A stretch of DNA of 22,259 bases from a virus (lineage: Duplodnaviria; Heunggongvirae; Uroviricota; Caudoviricetes): the IMG/VR virus record IMGVR_UViG_2703718804_000008; one strand, 5' to 3'. The stretch's first letter is position 1. Each line of letters starts with the position of its first letter. The translations under genes and the position numbers were made by a program. Below are positions 6,684 through 15,492 of this stretch, piece after piece. Below the pieces are notes generated by a model. The model did not search any database. It was not told where the DNA came from and saw nothing but the letters and a program-made list of their open reading frames with translations.

Positions 6684-8351
6684 ATGCTGATAACTTTCTC
6701 AGGACAAAATTATAAGGCATACGAGAGTTTTAAGTTGTCTTTAAAGCCATTGACAATATTATTAGGGGCAAATAGTTGTGGGAAAAGTGCATTAATTAAC
6801 TCTTTGTTGATGTTTTCTCAGTCTGTTGATTCAATGTCATTGTCTGATTCTGCTTTAAGGTTGAATGGGCCTAAAGTTGGGATGGGAGAAGCATTAAATA
6901 TAATAAAAAATAAAGATGACTCCAAAACACTTAGTTTTAGTTTTGATTTTTCTGATAATACAGTGGTTAAAAATGGCATTGATACACTGAGGAGAGAAAC
7001 TTTAGAATCATTTGCTATGATTATGCGATTCACAGTGCAAACGGTGAAAAATAATGACGCTTTGGTTACGAAAGCCAATGATTTAATAAATGAGGCTTCG
7101 AATGCGATCGTTAACTTTGACGAATTTGAGGAAGCTGAGTTAAAGGTTATCGCTGATAAGTTATGTCAATTACTTTTGCTTTTTAGGGAGGCGGGTGATA
7201 ATATCACATTTAGTCGTGCGACCTCAGAAAATTTACGCAAATTTATATATGAATGTCCATTAAAGAGAATAAAGGATTGTCTAACTAAAGTTATTTCCAT
7301 TTCAGGAAATAAATTGTCGGCTTCTAAGATAAGCTATGATTTCAAATATGATAAAAATAAAGGGGTGATAAAAGTTTCGAGGCTTGTTCTTTTAAATAAG
7401 AATGATGAAAAGATAGTTGAGCTATTACCAAAGAAGAATAATGTCGTTGTATTATCAGATGTTATCCCTCAAGAAGTGTTTAGAGGATGTCAGTCAGATA
7501 TCTTAGAAATCATCAATCCTTATTCGCTGGGACTGTTCCCTGTCAATAATGGGCGTGGTTTTTATGTTTTTTTTGGTAACTCTTATAATCCTGTTGTTAA
7601 TTTTTTATCACATGTTGTTTCTTTGGGTGTATTAATGCTTTCAAAAATGTTTGATGGTGAAAATGTTAATCACGTCAGCCCATTGAGAGCATTTCCTCAG
7701 CGATATTATCTATTAGACAAAACAGTCAATCATGCGCAGTTAAATTCTGCCGATGGATCTGAGTTAGCGGAGATCTTGAAGAAAAATACAAAAATAACAG
7801 AAAATATAAATCTTCTTCTGGCTGAATTTAATTTGGCTGTTGATATAGTTAAAGTTAATGACATAATTCATAAAATTGTTATAAACCAAGATGCTGTTAA
7901 TTTAGAGTTGACAGATGTGGGGTTTGGAATATCACAAGTATTGCCTGTCTTGGTTCAAGCTTATTTGTCACCAAAGGGTTCGATTACAATAATAGAACAA
8001 CCAGAAATACATTTGCATCCTAAAATGCAGGCATGGTTAACGGACGCATTAATTAAAATATCCATGCAAGAAAAGAAAGTATTTATTATTGAAACCCATA
8101 GCGATGCTTTAGTTAGACGAATTAGATTAAGAATTGTTGATGAATCGAGTGAACTTACAGAGGATCATGTTGCAATCTACCATCTTGAGCGCGATGAAGA
8201 GGGAACATCAACATTGCTGAATAGGGTGGCTGTAAATTCTGATGGAGATATCACATGGCCAAATGAATTTATGGATGTTGAGATTCAGGATACAATTAGA
8301 ATACAGGAGTTAAAGATACAGAAAATAATGAACTCAAAGGGGGTTCATTGA
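6684..8351 (+). CDS. OLD/ABC-type ATPase (AAA_15/AAA_21-like), candidate defence-system sensor/motor
   Basis: 555 aa. Walker A GANSCGKS at residues 28-35; Walker B/D-loop IIEQPEIHLHP at ~436-446; H-loop FIIETHSD at ~465-472. About 400 aa separate Walker A and B. Very AT-rich. Confidence 0.85.
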   Translation: MLITFSGQNYKAYESFKLSLKPLTILLGANSCGKSALINSLLMFSQSVDSMSLSDSALRLNGPKVGMGEALNIIKNKDDSKTLSFSFDFSDNTVVKNGIDTLRRETLESFAMIMRFTVQTVKNNDALVTKANDLINEASNAIVNFDEFEEAELKVIADKLCQLLLLFREAGDNITFSRATSENLRKFIYECPLKRIKDCLTKVISISGNKLSASKISYDFKYDKNKGVIKVSRLVLLNKNDEKIVELLPKKNNVVVLSDVIPQEVFRGCQSDILEIINPYSLGLFPVNNGRGFYVFFGNSYNPVVNFLSHVVSLGVLMLSKMFDGENVNHVSPLRAFPQRYYLLDKTVNHAQLNSADGSELAEILKKNTKITENINLLLAEFNLAVDIVKVNDIIHKIVINQDAVNLELTDVGFGISQVLPVLVQAYLSPKGSITIIEQPEIHLHPKMQAWLTDALIKISMQEKKVFIIETHSDALVRRIRLRIVDESSELTEDHVAIYHLERDEEGTSTLLNRVAVNSDGDITWPNEFMDVEIQDTIRIQELKIQKIMNSKGVH

Positions 8352-8352
8352 C

Positions 8353-9354
8353 ATGTATTGTGCAGTGTGTTTGTGTCCTGATTTTGTTGCGGCTAATATT
8401 TCTGATATTAATTTATTTAGTGGTTTTTTTATTGGAACCATTGTTAATGGTGAAAATCAGTTGATTTTAGATGCTGATGAAAAAATCCGTTTGGGCTATT
8501 TGAAATCTTGTAAAAATAACAAGGATTCTTTTTATCTGCTTCAGAAATGGGAGGCTGAATTATCTAAAGCTTCTTCAGGTAAAATATTGCTTGCACCAGT
8601 GAGTAATAGTACTGATGATATTAAGGATATAGTTGTTTGTGCAGTTGCTAACGCAGCTACCACCTTTGATAAACATATTGTGGTATTAGACAATAATAGT
8701 TACTCTGGATATGTTGATGAATTAGTTAGGCAAAGAGTTAATTTGTTAAATCTTAATAGTATAAGTTTAATATCAAAGGAGGATAGGGTGCAGCGTCCTT
8801 TGAATTTTATAAAGTTTGATAGCGATTTGTCTTGGGTGCTTCAAAGACTGGGGCGACGCTCTGCTAAAGGATATGGCGAAGATGATTTTAATGATTTTAT
8901 ACGAGATATGTTATTAGCTAAAAATTATGAGGTAAAAGATCAAACTCGAGAAGGAGAGTCTCAATCGGGGAAAAAAGCCGGTGAGTTAGATCTTGTTATT
9001 GAAGATAGAGGAGAACTGTTTGCTATAATAGAAGCCTTGATTTTAAACTCTTTAGATCAAGCTAACATATTAAAGCATTATTCAAAGTTAATTGATAACT
9101 ATAATCCTATTCATGTCAAAAGGTTGTTTTTAATTGCTTATTATACAGGTGCAAAATTCGATGCCTGGTGTGAAAGATATATTGAGTATCTAAAGGGGAT
9201 TACTTCGGTAGATATTGGTGTGGAATCTCATCAGATAGTTGAGGTTAAAGAAGTGGATACCCCGTACATAGGCTTAAGAAAAATTGAACATCATTTTAGA
9301 TATGCGGGGGAGCACTATTTTTGTATCCATTATGCAGTCAAAATGGCTCGGTGA
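8353..9354 (+). CDS. Hypothetical partner protein of the ATPase (candidate effector)
   Basis: 333 aa; ATG one nt after the ATPase stop, so translationally coupled; same AT-rich composition. Segment ELDLVIEDRGELFAIIEAL is loosely PD-(D/E)xK-like but lacks the canonical Lys. No confident domain call. Confidence 0.75.
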   Translation: MYCAVCLCPDFVAANISDINLFSGFFIGTIVNGENQLILDADEKIRLGYLKSCKNNKDSFYLLQKWEAELSKASSGKILLAPVSNSTDDIKDIVVCAVANAATTFDKHIVVLDNNSYSGYVDELVRQRVNLLNLNSISLISKEDRVQRPLNFIKFDSDLSWVLQRLGRRSAKGYGEDDFNDFIRDMLLAKNYEVKDQTREGESQSGKKAGELDLVIEDRGELFAIIEALILNSLDQANILKHYSKLIDNYNPIHVKRLFLIAYYTGAKFDAWCERYIEYLKGITSVDIGVESHQIVEVKEVDTPYIGLRKIEHHFRYAGEHYFCIHYAVKMAR

Positions 9355-9366
9355 TGTTTAAGATGA

Positions 9367-9392
9367 ATGCACCTATAGGGTGCATCATTTTG
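9367..9392 (+). terminator. Putative intrinsic terminator of the cargo operon
   Basis: Hairpin ATGCACC-TATAG-GGTGCAT (7-bp stem) followed by CATTTTGCATGTTT, 13 nt after the partner gene stop. AT-rich stem, so weak. Confidence 0.35.
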
Positions 9393-9491
9393 CATGTTTA
9401 AATATGTTCTCTATGTATGTGCGCTAGGCTTGACTGGCGCGCTTATACTATGTTTACGCAACTGCATTAAAACTGACCCACGAAGCGGGCG

Positions 9492-9510
9492 GGCGAGGCG
9501 GGGAAAGCAC
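9492..9510. other. cos: cos site (19-nt cohesive-end sequence, P2-type)
   Basis: GGCGAGGCGGGGAAAGCAC matches my recollection of the P2 cohesive end; it lies between the early region and Q, as in P2. Confidence 0.55.
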
Positions 9511-9652
9511 TGCGCGCTGGCGGTGGTGCTGATTTTATTTTTTCAGCGTCTGAGCGCGTCGTGACGGCGTTTAGATTGTTCGCCGGGGCGTTGGTGTGTC
9601 TGCGGGATTTTTTGTGCGGTGATGAGCGTGTGAGGGCGTGATGACGGGGTGT

Positions 9653-9676
9653 AAAAAAGCCGCCCGCAGGCGGCGA
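9653..9676 (-). terminator. Intrinsic terminator downstream of Q (minus strand)
   Basis: GC-rich hairpin GCCGCC-CGCA-GGCGGC at 9659-9674, followed on the minus strand by a run of six T (A6 at 9653-9658 on plus), a few nt past the Q stop. Confidence 0.5.
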
Positions 9677-9679
9677 TGT

Positions 9680-10714
9680 TCAGCCGTTGTCAGTGTCCAG
9701 TGAGTAGTTTTTAAAGCGGATGACCTCCTGACCGAGCCAGCCGTTTATCTCGCGGATCCTGTCCTGTAACGGGATAAGCTCATTGCGGACAAAGACCTTT
9801 GCCACTTTCTCAATATCACCCAGCGACCCGACGTTCTCCGGCTTGCCGCCCATCAACTGAAAGGGGATGCGGTGCGCGTCCAGCAGGTCAGCGGCGCTGG
9901 ATTTTTTGATATTAAAAAAATCGTCCTTCGTTGCCACTTCACTGAGGGGGATAATTTTAATGCCGTCGGCTTTCCCCTGCGGGGCATAGAGAAACAGATT
10001 TTTAAAGTTATTGCGGCCTTTCGACTTCACCATGTTTTCGCGAAGCATTTCGATATCGTTGCGATCCTGCACGGCATCGGTGACGTACATGATGTATCCG
10101 GCATGTGCGCCGTTTTCGTAATACTTGCGGCGGAACAGCGTGGCCGACTCATTCAGCCAGGCAGAGTTAAGGGCGCTGAGATATTCCGGCAGGCCGTACA
10201 GCTCCTGATTAATATCAGGCTCCAGCAGATGAAACACGGAGCCGGGCGCGAAGGCTGTCGGCTCGTTGAAGGACGGCACCCACCAGTAAACATCCTCCTC
10301 CACGCCACGACGGGTATATTTGGCCGGTGAGGTTTCCAGTCTGATGACCTTACCGGTGGTGCTGTAACGCTTTTCCAGAAACGCATTACCGAACACCAGA
10401 AAATCCAGCACAAAGCGGCTGAAATCCTGCTGGGAAAGCCACGGGTGCGGGATAAACGTTGAAGCCAGAATATTACGTTTGACGTAAATCGGTGAGCTGT
10501 GATGCACGGCAGCACGCAGACTTTTTGCCAGACCGGTAAAGCTGACCGGTGGCTCATACCATCTGCCGTTACTGATGCACTCGACGTAATCCAGAATATC
10601 ACGGCGGTCGAGTACCGGCACCGGCTCACCAAAGGTGAATGCCTCCATTTTCGGGGCGCTGGCAGTCATTGTTTTCACCGCTGGCTGCGGTGTTTTCCCT
10701 TTTTTCTTACTCAT
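9680..10714 (-). CDS. Q: Portal protein (P2 gpQ-like)
   Basis: 344 aa, ATG start; start overlaps the P stop (ATGA); first gene after cos on the minus strand. Confidence 0.95.
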   Translation of the reverse strand: MSKKKGKTPQPAVKTMTASAPKMEAFTFGEPVPVLDRRDILDYVECISNGRWYEPPVSFTGLAKSLRAAVHHSSPIYVKRNILASTFIPHPWLSQQDFSRFVLDFLVFGNAFLEKRYSTTGKVIRLETSPAKYTRRGVEEDVYWWVPSFNEPTAFAPGSVFHLLEPDINQELYGLPEYLSALNSAWLNESATLFRRKYYENGAHAGYIMYVTDAVQDRNDIEMLRENMVKSKGRNNFKNLFLYAPQGKADGIKIIPLSEVATKDDFFNIKKSSAADLLDAHRIPFQLMGGKPENVGSLGDIEKVAKVFVRNELIPLQDRIREINGWLGQEVIRFKNYSLDTDNG

Positions 10715-12486
10715 CAGTAAAACTCCAGAATGGTGGATGTCAGCGGAGTGCTGATACCGGCGGTGAGTGGCTCATTTAACAGGGCGTGCATGGTCGCCCA
10801 GGCGAGGTCGGCGTGGCTGGCTTCCTCGCTGCGGCTGGCCTCATAGGTGGCGCTGCGTCCGCTGCTGGTCATGGTCTTGCGGATAGCCATGAACGAGCTG
10901 GTGATGTCGGTGGCGCTGACGTCATATTCCAGACAGCCACGGCGGATAACGTCTTTTGCCTTGAGCACCATTGCAGTTTTCATTTCCGGCGTGTAGCGGA
11001 TATCGCGCGCGGCGGGATAGAACGAGCGCACGAGCTGGAACACGCCGACACCGAGGCCGGTGGCATCAATACCGATGTATTCGACGTTATATTTTTCGGT
11101 GAGTTTGCGGATGGATTCAGCCTGGGTGGCAAAGTCCATGCCTTTCCACTGGTGACGCTCAAGTATTCTGAATTTGCCACCGGCCACCACCGGCGGTGCC
11201 AGCACCACGCATCCGGCGCTGTCGCCACGGTGTGACGGGTCGTAACCAATCCATACCGGACGTGAGCCGAACGGATTGGCGGCAAACGGAGCATAGTCTT
11301 CCCATTCTTCCAGCGTGTCGACCATGCAGCGTTGCAGCTCCTCGAACGGGAACACCGACGCCTTGTCGTCAACAAATTCACACATGAACAGGTTTTTAAA
11401 ATCGTCGGCGCTGTTTTCACGTTTGAGCTGCTCAATGTCGAACAGCGTGCAGCCGTCTTTCAGGGCGTCCTCAATGGTGACAATCTGCCGCCACTGGCCG
11501 TCCGCACAGAGAAGCCCACCGGCAAGGGCGTTATGACTGACGTCGATTTCCACGCGTTCGGCGGCGCTGGCGCGTCCCCGGTTAAACAGTTCACCCGACC
11601 AGAACGGGTAGGCGTCGTGCGCCAGTGTGGACGGGGTGGAGAAATAGGTCGAGCGCAGGTGACTCTGTGAGGCCATACCTGATGCCACCTTACGCAGTAC
11701 CTGAAAATTCGGGATCCAGAAAATCTCGTCGACGTACAGGTCGCCGTTATGGCTCTGCGCGGTGTTGGAGTTGGTGCCGAGAAAAATCAGTTTTGCGCCG
11801 TTATTGCCCAGGACAATTGGGTCACCGGTCAGGTCAACGTCAACCAGCCGGGCAAAGGCGATGATGTATTCGCGGAACACATACGCCTGCGTTTTACTGG
11901 CCGACAGAAAAATCTGGTTATGACCGGTTTTCAGGGCGCGCAGCAGCGCCTCGCGGGAAAAATAAAACGTCGCGCCAATCTGGCGGGATTTCAGGATATC
12001 GCGGATGCGGTGCTCAAGCCCTGCGCGATACCAGTGCAACTGATATTCGAAAGACTGCTCAAAGAAAATCTGCTCCAGCTTTTCGATGGCCTCGTCACTG
12101 AAAAAATTCTTTTTCGGTTTGCGACGCCCGCCTTTGTTGCGGTTAGCGACGTTCGGATTAAGGTCTGCCTCGTTGCCGGTCTGACTGTAACGGTTGACCC
12201 GTGCCAGTCGTTCAATCTGGCGTCCGAGCAGGTCAATTTCCTTGAAGTCACCGCCGGTTTTCTGCGGTTTGATGATGAGCTGGGTCAGCCGCGCTTCCAG
12301 ACTCATTTCGACACGGCTGATGGGGGCAACGCTGTCCCAACCGTCGCGCTGTTTCCAGCTCTGCACCGTCGGGCGTTTCATCTGCAACATGGCGGCAATC
12401 TGCGGCACGGAAAATCCCTGCCAGTACAGCAGCGCCGCCTGACGACGCGGGTCGTGTAAAAGAGTGGTGTCTGTGGTGATGGTCAT
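10714..12486 (-). CDS. P: Terminase large subunit (P2 gpP-like)
   Basis: 590 aa from the first ATG (12486); the track ORF extends to an upstream TTG at 12516. Cotranscribed with Q, divergent from O. Confidence 0.95.
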   Translation of the reverse strand: MTITTDTTLLHDPRRQAALLYWQGFSVPQIAAMLQMKRPTVQSWKQRDGWDSVAPISRVEMSLEARLTQLIIKPQKTGGDFKEIDLLGRQIERLARVNRYSQTGNEADLNPNVANRNKGGRRKPKKNFFSDEAIEKLEQIFFEQSFEYQLHWYRAGLEHRIRDILKSRQIGATFYFSREALLRALKTGHNQIFLSASKTQAYVFREYIIAFARLVDVDLTGDPIVLGNNGAKLIFLGTNSNTAQSHNGDLYVDEIFWIPNFQVLRKVASGMASQSHLRSTYFSTPSTLAHDAYPFWSGELFNRGRASAAERVEIDVSHNALAGGLLCADGQWRQIVTIEDALKDGCTLFDIEQLKRENSADDFKNLFMCEFVDDKASVFPFEELQRCMVDTLEEWEDYAPFAANPFGSRPVWIGYDPSHRGDSAGCVVLAPPVVAGGKFRILERHQWKGMDFATQAESIRKLTEKYNVEYIGIDATGLGVGVFQLVRSFYPAARDIRYTPEMKTAMVLKAKDVIRRGCLEYDVSATDITSSFMAIRKTMTSSGRSATYEASRSEEASHADLAWATMHALLNEPLTAGISTPLTSTILEFY

Positions 12487-12659
12487 GAATACCTCGCCGT
12501 GATGAATACACGGCAAGGCTACTGAGTCGCGTCCCGCGATTCGCTAAGGTGCTGTTGTGTCAGTGATAAGCCATCCGGGACTGATGGCGGAGGATGCGCA
12601 TCGTCGGGAAACTGATGCCGACATGTGACTCCTCTAATCACTATTCAGGACTCCTGACA
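12487..12659. promoter_or_regulatory. Divergent late-promoter region (P_P leftward, P_O rightward)
   Basis: 173-bp gap between divergent P and O. Partial dyad GTGA-N9-TCAC at 12625-12641. No exact TGT-N12-ACA activator site found. Confidence 0.4.
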
Positions 12660-13514
12660 ATGGCAAAAAAAGTCTCAAAATTCTTTCGTATCGGCGTTGA
12701 GGGTGACACCTGTGACGGGCGTGTCATCAGTGCGCAGGATATTCAGGAAATGGCCGAAACCTTTGACCCGCGAGTCTATGGTTGCCGCATTAACCTGGAA
12801 CATCTGCGCGGCATCCTGCCTGACGGTATTTTTAAGCGTTATGGCGATGTGGCCGAACTGAAGGCCGAAAAGATTGACGATGATTCGGCGCTGAAAGGCA
12901 AATGGGCGCTGTTTGCGAAAATCACCCCGACCGATGACCTTATCGCGATGAACAAGGCCGCGCAGAAGGTCTATACCTCAATGGAAATTCAGCCGAACTT
13001 TGCCAATACCGGCAAATGTTATCTGGTGGGTCTGGCCGTCACCGATGACCCGGCAAGCCTCGGCACGGAATACCTGGAATTCTGCCGCACGGCAAAACAC
13101 AACCCCCTGAACCGCTTCAAATTAAGCCCTGAAAACCTGATTTCAGTGGCAACGCCCGTTGAGCTGGAATTTGAAGACCTGCCTGAAACCGTGTTCACCG
13201 CCCTGACCGAAAAGGTGAAGTCCATTTTTGGCCGCAAACAGGCCAGCGATGACGCCCGTCTGAATGACGTGCATGAAGCGGTGACCGCTGTTGCTGAACA
13301 TGTGCAGGAAAAACTGAGCGCCACTGAGCAGCGCCTCGCTGAGATGGAAACCGCTTTTTCCGCACTTAAGCAGGATGTGACTGACAGGGCGGATGAAACC
13401 AGCCAGGCATTCACCCGCCTGAAAAACAGTCTCGACCACACCGAAAGTCTGACCCAGCAGCGCCGCAGCAAGGCCACCGGTGGTGGCGGTGACGCCCTGA
13501 TGACGAACTGCTGA
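12660..13514 (+). CDS. O: Capsid scaffolding protein (P2 gpO-like)
   Basis: 284 aa from the ATG at 12660 (MAKKVSKFFRIGVEGDT...); the track ORF includes 22 extra upstream codons from an ATG with no usable RBS spacing. Confidence 0.9.
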   Translation: MAKKVSKFFRIGVEGDTCDGRVISAQDIQEMAETFDPRVYGCRINLEHLRGILPDGIFKRYGDVAELKAEKIDDDSALKGKWALFAKITPTDDLIAMNKAAQKVYTSMEIQPNFANTGKCYLVGLAVTDDPASLGTEYLEFCRTAKHNPLNRFKLSPENLISVATPVELEFEDLPETVFTALTEKVKSIFGRKQASDDARLNDVHEAVTAVAEHVQEKLSATEQRLAEMETAFSALKQDVTDRADETSQAFTRLKNSLDHTESLTQQRRSKATGGGGDALMTNC

Positions 13515-13572
13515 CCGGCGTCAGTCAGTCCGGGAAAACCTTCACGATTAACCCTTAATTTCAGGAAAAATT

Positions 13573-14646
13573 ATGCGCCAGGAAACCCGCTTTAAATTTA
13601 ATGCCTACCTGTCCCGTGTTGCCGAACTGAACGGCATCGACGCCGGTGATGTGTCGAAAAAATTCACCGTTGAACCGTCGGTCACCCAGACCCTGATGAA
13701 CACCATGCAGGAGTCCTCTGACTTTCTGACCCGCATCAACATTGTGCCGGTCAGCGAAATGAAAGGGGAAAAAATTGGCATCGGTGTCACCGGCTCCATC
13801 GCCAGCACCACCGACACCGCCGGTGGCACCGAGCGTCAGCCGAAGGACTTCTCGAAGCTGGCGTCAAACAAGTACGAATGCGACCAGATTAACTTCGATT
13901 TTTATATCCGCTACAAAACGCTGGACCTGTGGGCGCGTTATCAGGATTTCCAGCTCCGTGTCCGTAACGCCATTATCAAACGCCAGTCCCTTGATTTAAT
14001 CATGGCCGGTTTTAACGGCGTGAGGCGTGCCGAAACCTCTGACCGCAGCAGCAATCCGATGCTGCAGGATGTGGCGGTCGGCTGGCTGCAGAAATACCGC
14101 AATGAAGCCCCGGCGCGCGTGATGAGCAAGGTCACTGACGAGGAAGGGCACACCACCTCTGAGGTTATCCGCGTGGGTAAGGGCGGTGATTATGCCAGCC
14201 TTGACGCACTGGTGATGGATGCGACCAACAACCTGATTGAGCCGTGGTATCAGGAAGACCCTGACCTTGTGGTGATTGTGGGACGTCAGCTACTGGCGGA
14301 CAAGTATTTTCCCATCGTCAACAAGGAGCAGGACAACAGCGAAATGCTGGCCGCTGACGTCATCATCAGCCAGAAACGCATCGGTAACCTGCCGGCGGTA
14401 CGCGTCCCGTACTTCCCGGCGGATGCGATGCTCATCACAAAGCTGGAAAACCTGTCCATCTACTACATGGATGACAGCCATCGCCGCGTGATTGAGGAAA
14501 ACCCGAAACTCGACCGCGTGGAGAACTACGAGTCAATGAACATTGATTACGTGGTGGAAGACTACGCCGCCGGTTGTCTGGTGGAAAAAATTAAGGTCGG
14601 TGATTTCTCCACACTGGCTAAAGCGACCGCAGAGCCGGGAGCGTAA
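13573..14646 (+). CDS. N: Major capsid protein (P2 gpN-like)
   Basis: 357 aa; AGGAAAAATT then ATG; follows the scaffold gene. Confidence 0.95.
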   Translation: MRQETRFKFNAYLSRVAELNGIDAGDVSKKFTVEPSVTQTLMNTMQESSDFLTRINIVPVSEMKGEKIGIGVTGSIASTTDTAGGTERQPKDFSKLASNKYECDQINFDFYIRYKTLDLWARYQDFQLRVRNAIIKRQSLDLIMAGFNGVRRAETSDRSSNPMLQDVAVGWLQKYRNEAPARVMSKVTDEEGHTTSEVIRVGKGGDYASLDALVMDATNNLIEPWYQEDPDLVVIVGRQLLADKYFPIVNKEQDNSEMLAADVIISQKRIGNLPAVRVPYFPADAMLITKLENLSIYYMDDSHRRVIEENPKLDRVENYESMNIDYVVEDYAAGCLVEKIKVGDFSTLAKATAEPGA

Positions 14647-14649
14647 CCG

Positions 14650-15393
14650 ATGACGAGTCCCGCACAGCGCCACATGATGCGGGTCTCGGCAGCGATGACC
14701 GCGCAGCGGGAAGCCGCCCCGCTGCGACATGCAACTGTCTATGAGCAGATGCTGGTTAAGCTCGCCGCAGACCAGCGCACACTGAAAGCGATTTATTCAA
14801 AAGAGCTGAAGGCCGCAAAAAAACGCGAACTGCTGCCGTTCTGGTTGCCGTGGGTGAACGGCGTGCTGGAGCAGGGCAAAGGTGCACAGGATGACATTCT
14901 GATGACGGTCATGCTGTGGCGTCTGGATACCGGCGATATTGCCGGTGCGCTGGAGATTGCCCGTTATGCCCTGAAGTACGGTCTGACCATGCCGGGTAAA
15001 CACCGCCGCACCCCGCCGTACATGTTCACCGAGGAGGTGGCGCTTGCGGCCATGCGCGCTCACGCTGCGGGTGAGTCTGTGGATACCCGCCTGCTGACGG
15101 ACACCCTTGAACTGACCGCCACGGCTGACATGCCTGATGAAGTGCGCGCAAAGCTGCACAAAATCACCGGTCTGTTTCTGCGTGACGGTGGTGATGCCGC
15201 CGGTGCGCTGGCTCACCTGCAACGTGCGACACAGCTCGACTGTCAGGCAGGCGTCAAAAAAGAGATTGAACGACTGGAGCGGGAGCTGAAACCGAAGCCG
15301 GAGCCGCAGCCCAAAGCGGCCACCCGCGCCCCGCGTAAGATCCGGAGCGTGACACCGGCAAAACGTGGACGCCCGAAAAAGAAAGCCAGTTAA
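14650..15393 (+). CDS. M: Terminase small (endonuclease) subunit (P2 gpM-like)
   Basis: 247 aa; 3 nt after the N stop; basic C-terminal tail (KRGRPKKKAS). Confidence 0.9.
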   Translation: MTSPAQRHMMRVSAAMTAQREAAPLRHATVYEQMLVKLAADQRTLKAIYSKELKAAKKRELLPFWLPWVNGVLEQGKGAQDDILMTVMLWRLDTGDIAGALEIARYALKYGLTMPGKHRRTPPYMFTEEVALAAMRAHAAGESVDTRLLTDTLELTATADMPDEVRAKLHKITGLFLRDGGDAAGALAHLQRATQLDCQAGVKKEIERLERELKPKPEPQPKAATRAPRKIRSVTPAKRGRPKKKAS

Positions 15394-15492
15394 CAACCGA
15401 ATGCGCCCCGCGCCAGGGCGGCACGCCGGTCAGTGAGGGTGAATCACCTGACACTGCACCGGCGTCCACCGCCCGACTTTTCAGAGGTAGTC

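Noticed and set aside
6818-7078. Minus-strand 86-aa ORF inside the ATPase gene
   Set aside because: Embedded antisense ORF in AT-rich DNA; the ATPase frame on the plus strand is supported by Walker motifs.
6684-8351. Possibility that the 555-aa ATPase is simply the P2 old gene
   Set aside because: P2 Old is a single ATPase-TOPRIM fusion of ~586 aa. Here only ~85 residues follow the H-loop, too few for a TOPRIM domain, and a separate coupled gene follows. So it is an OLD-family ATPase but not an Old orthologue by architecture; still needs alignment to confirm.
9872-12511. Numerous ORFs on the opposite strand of Q and P (e.g. 9872..10330, 10153..10632, 10786..11235, 11749..12459, 12248..12511)
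   Set aside because: Long open frames are expected by chance in GC-rich DNA; they overlap the confidently assigned portal and terminase genes and have compositionally odd (Arg/Ala/Gly-rich) products.
12487-12659. Exact Ogr-type late activator site (TGT-N12-ACA) in the P/O divergent region
   Set aside because: I could not find a copy with correct spacing by eye; only a partial dyad (GTGA-N9-TCAC). Reported as a region, not a defined site.
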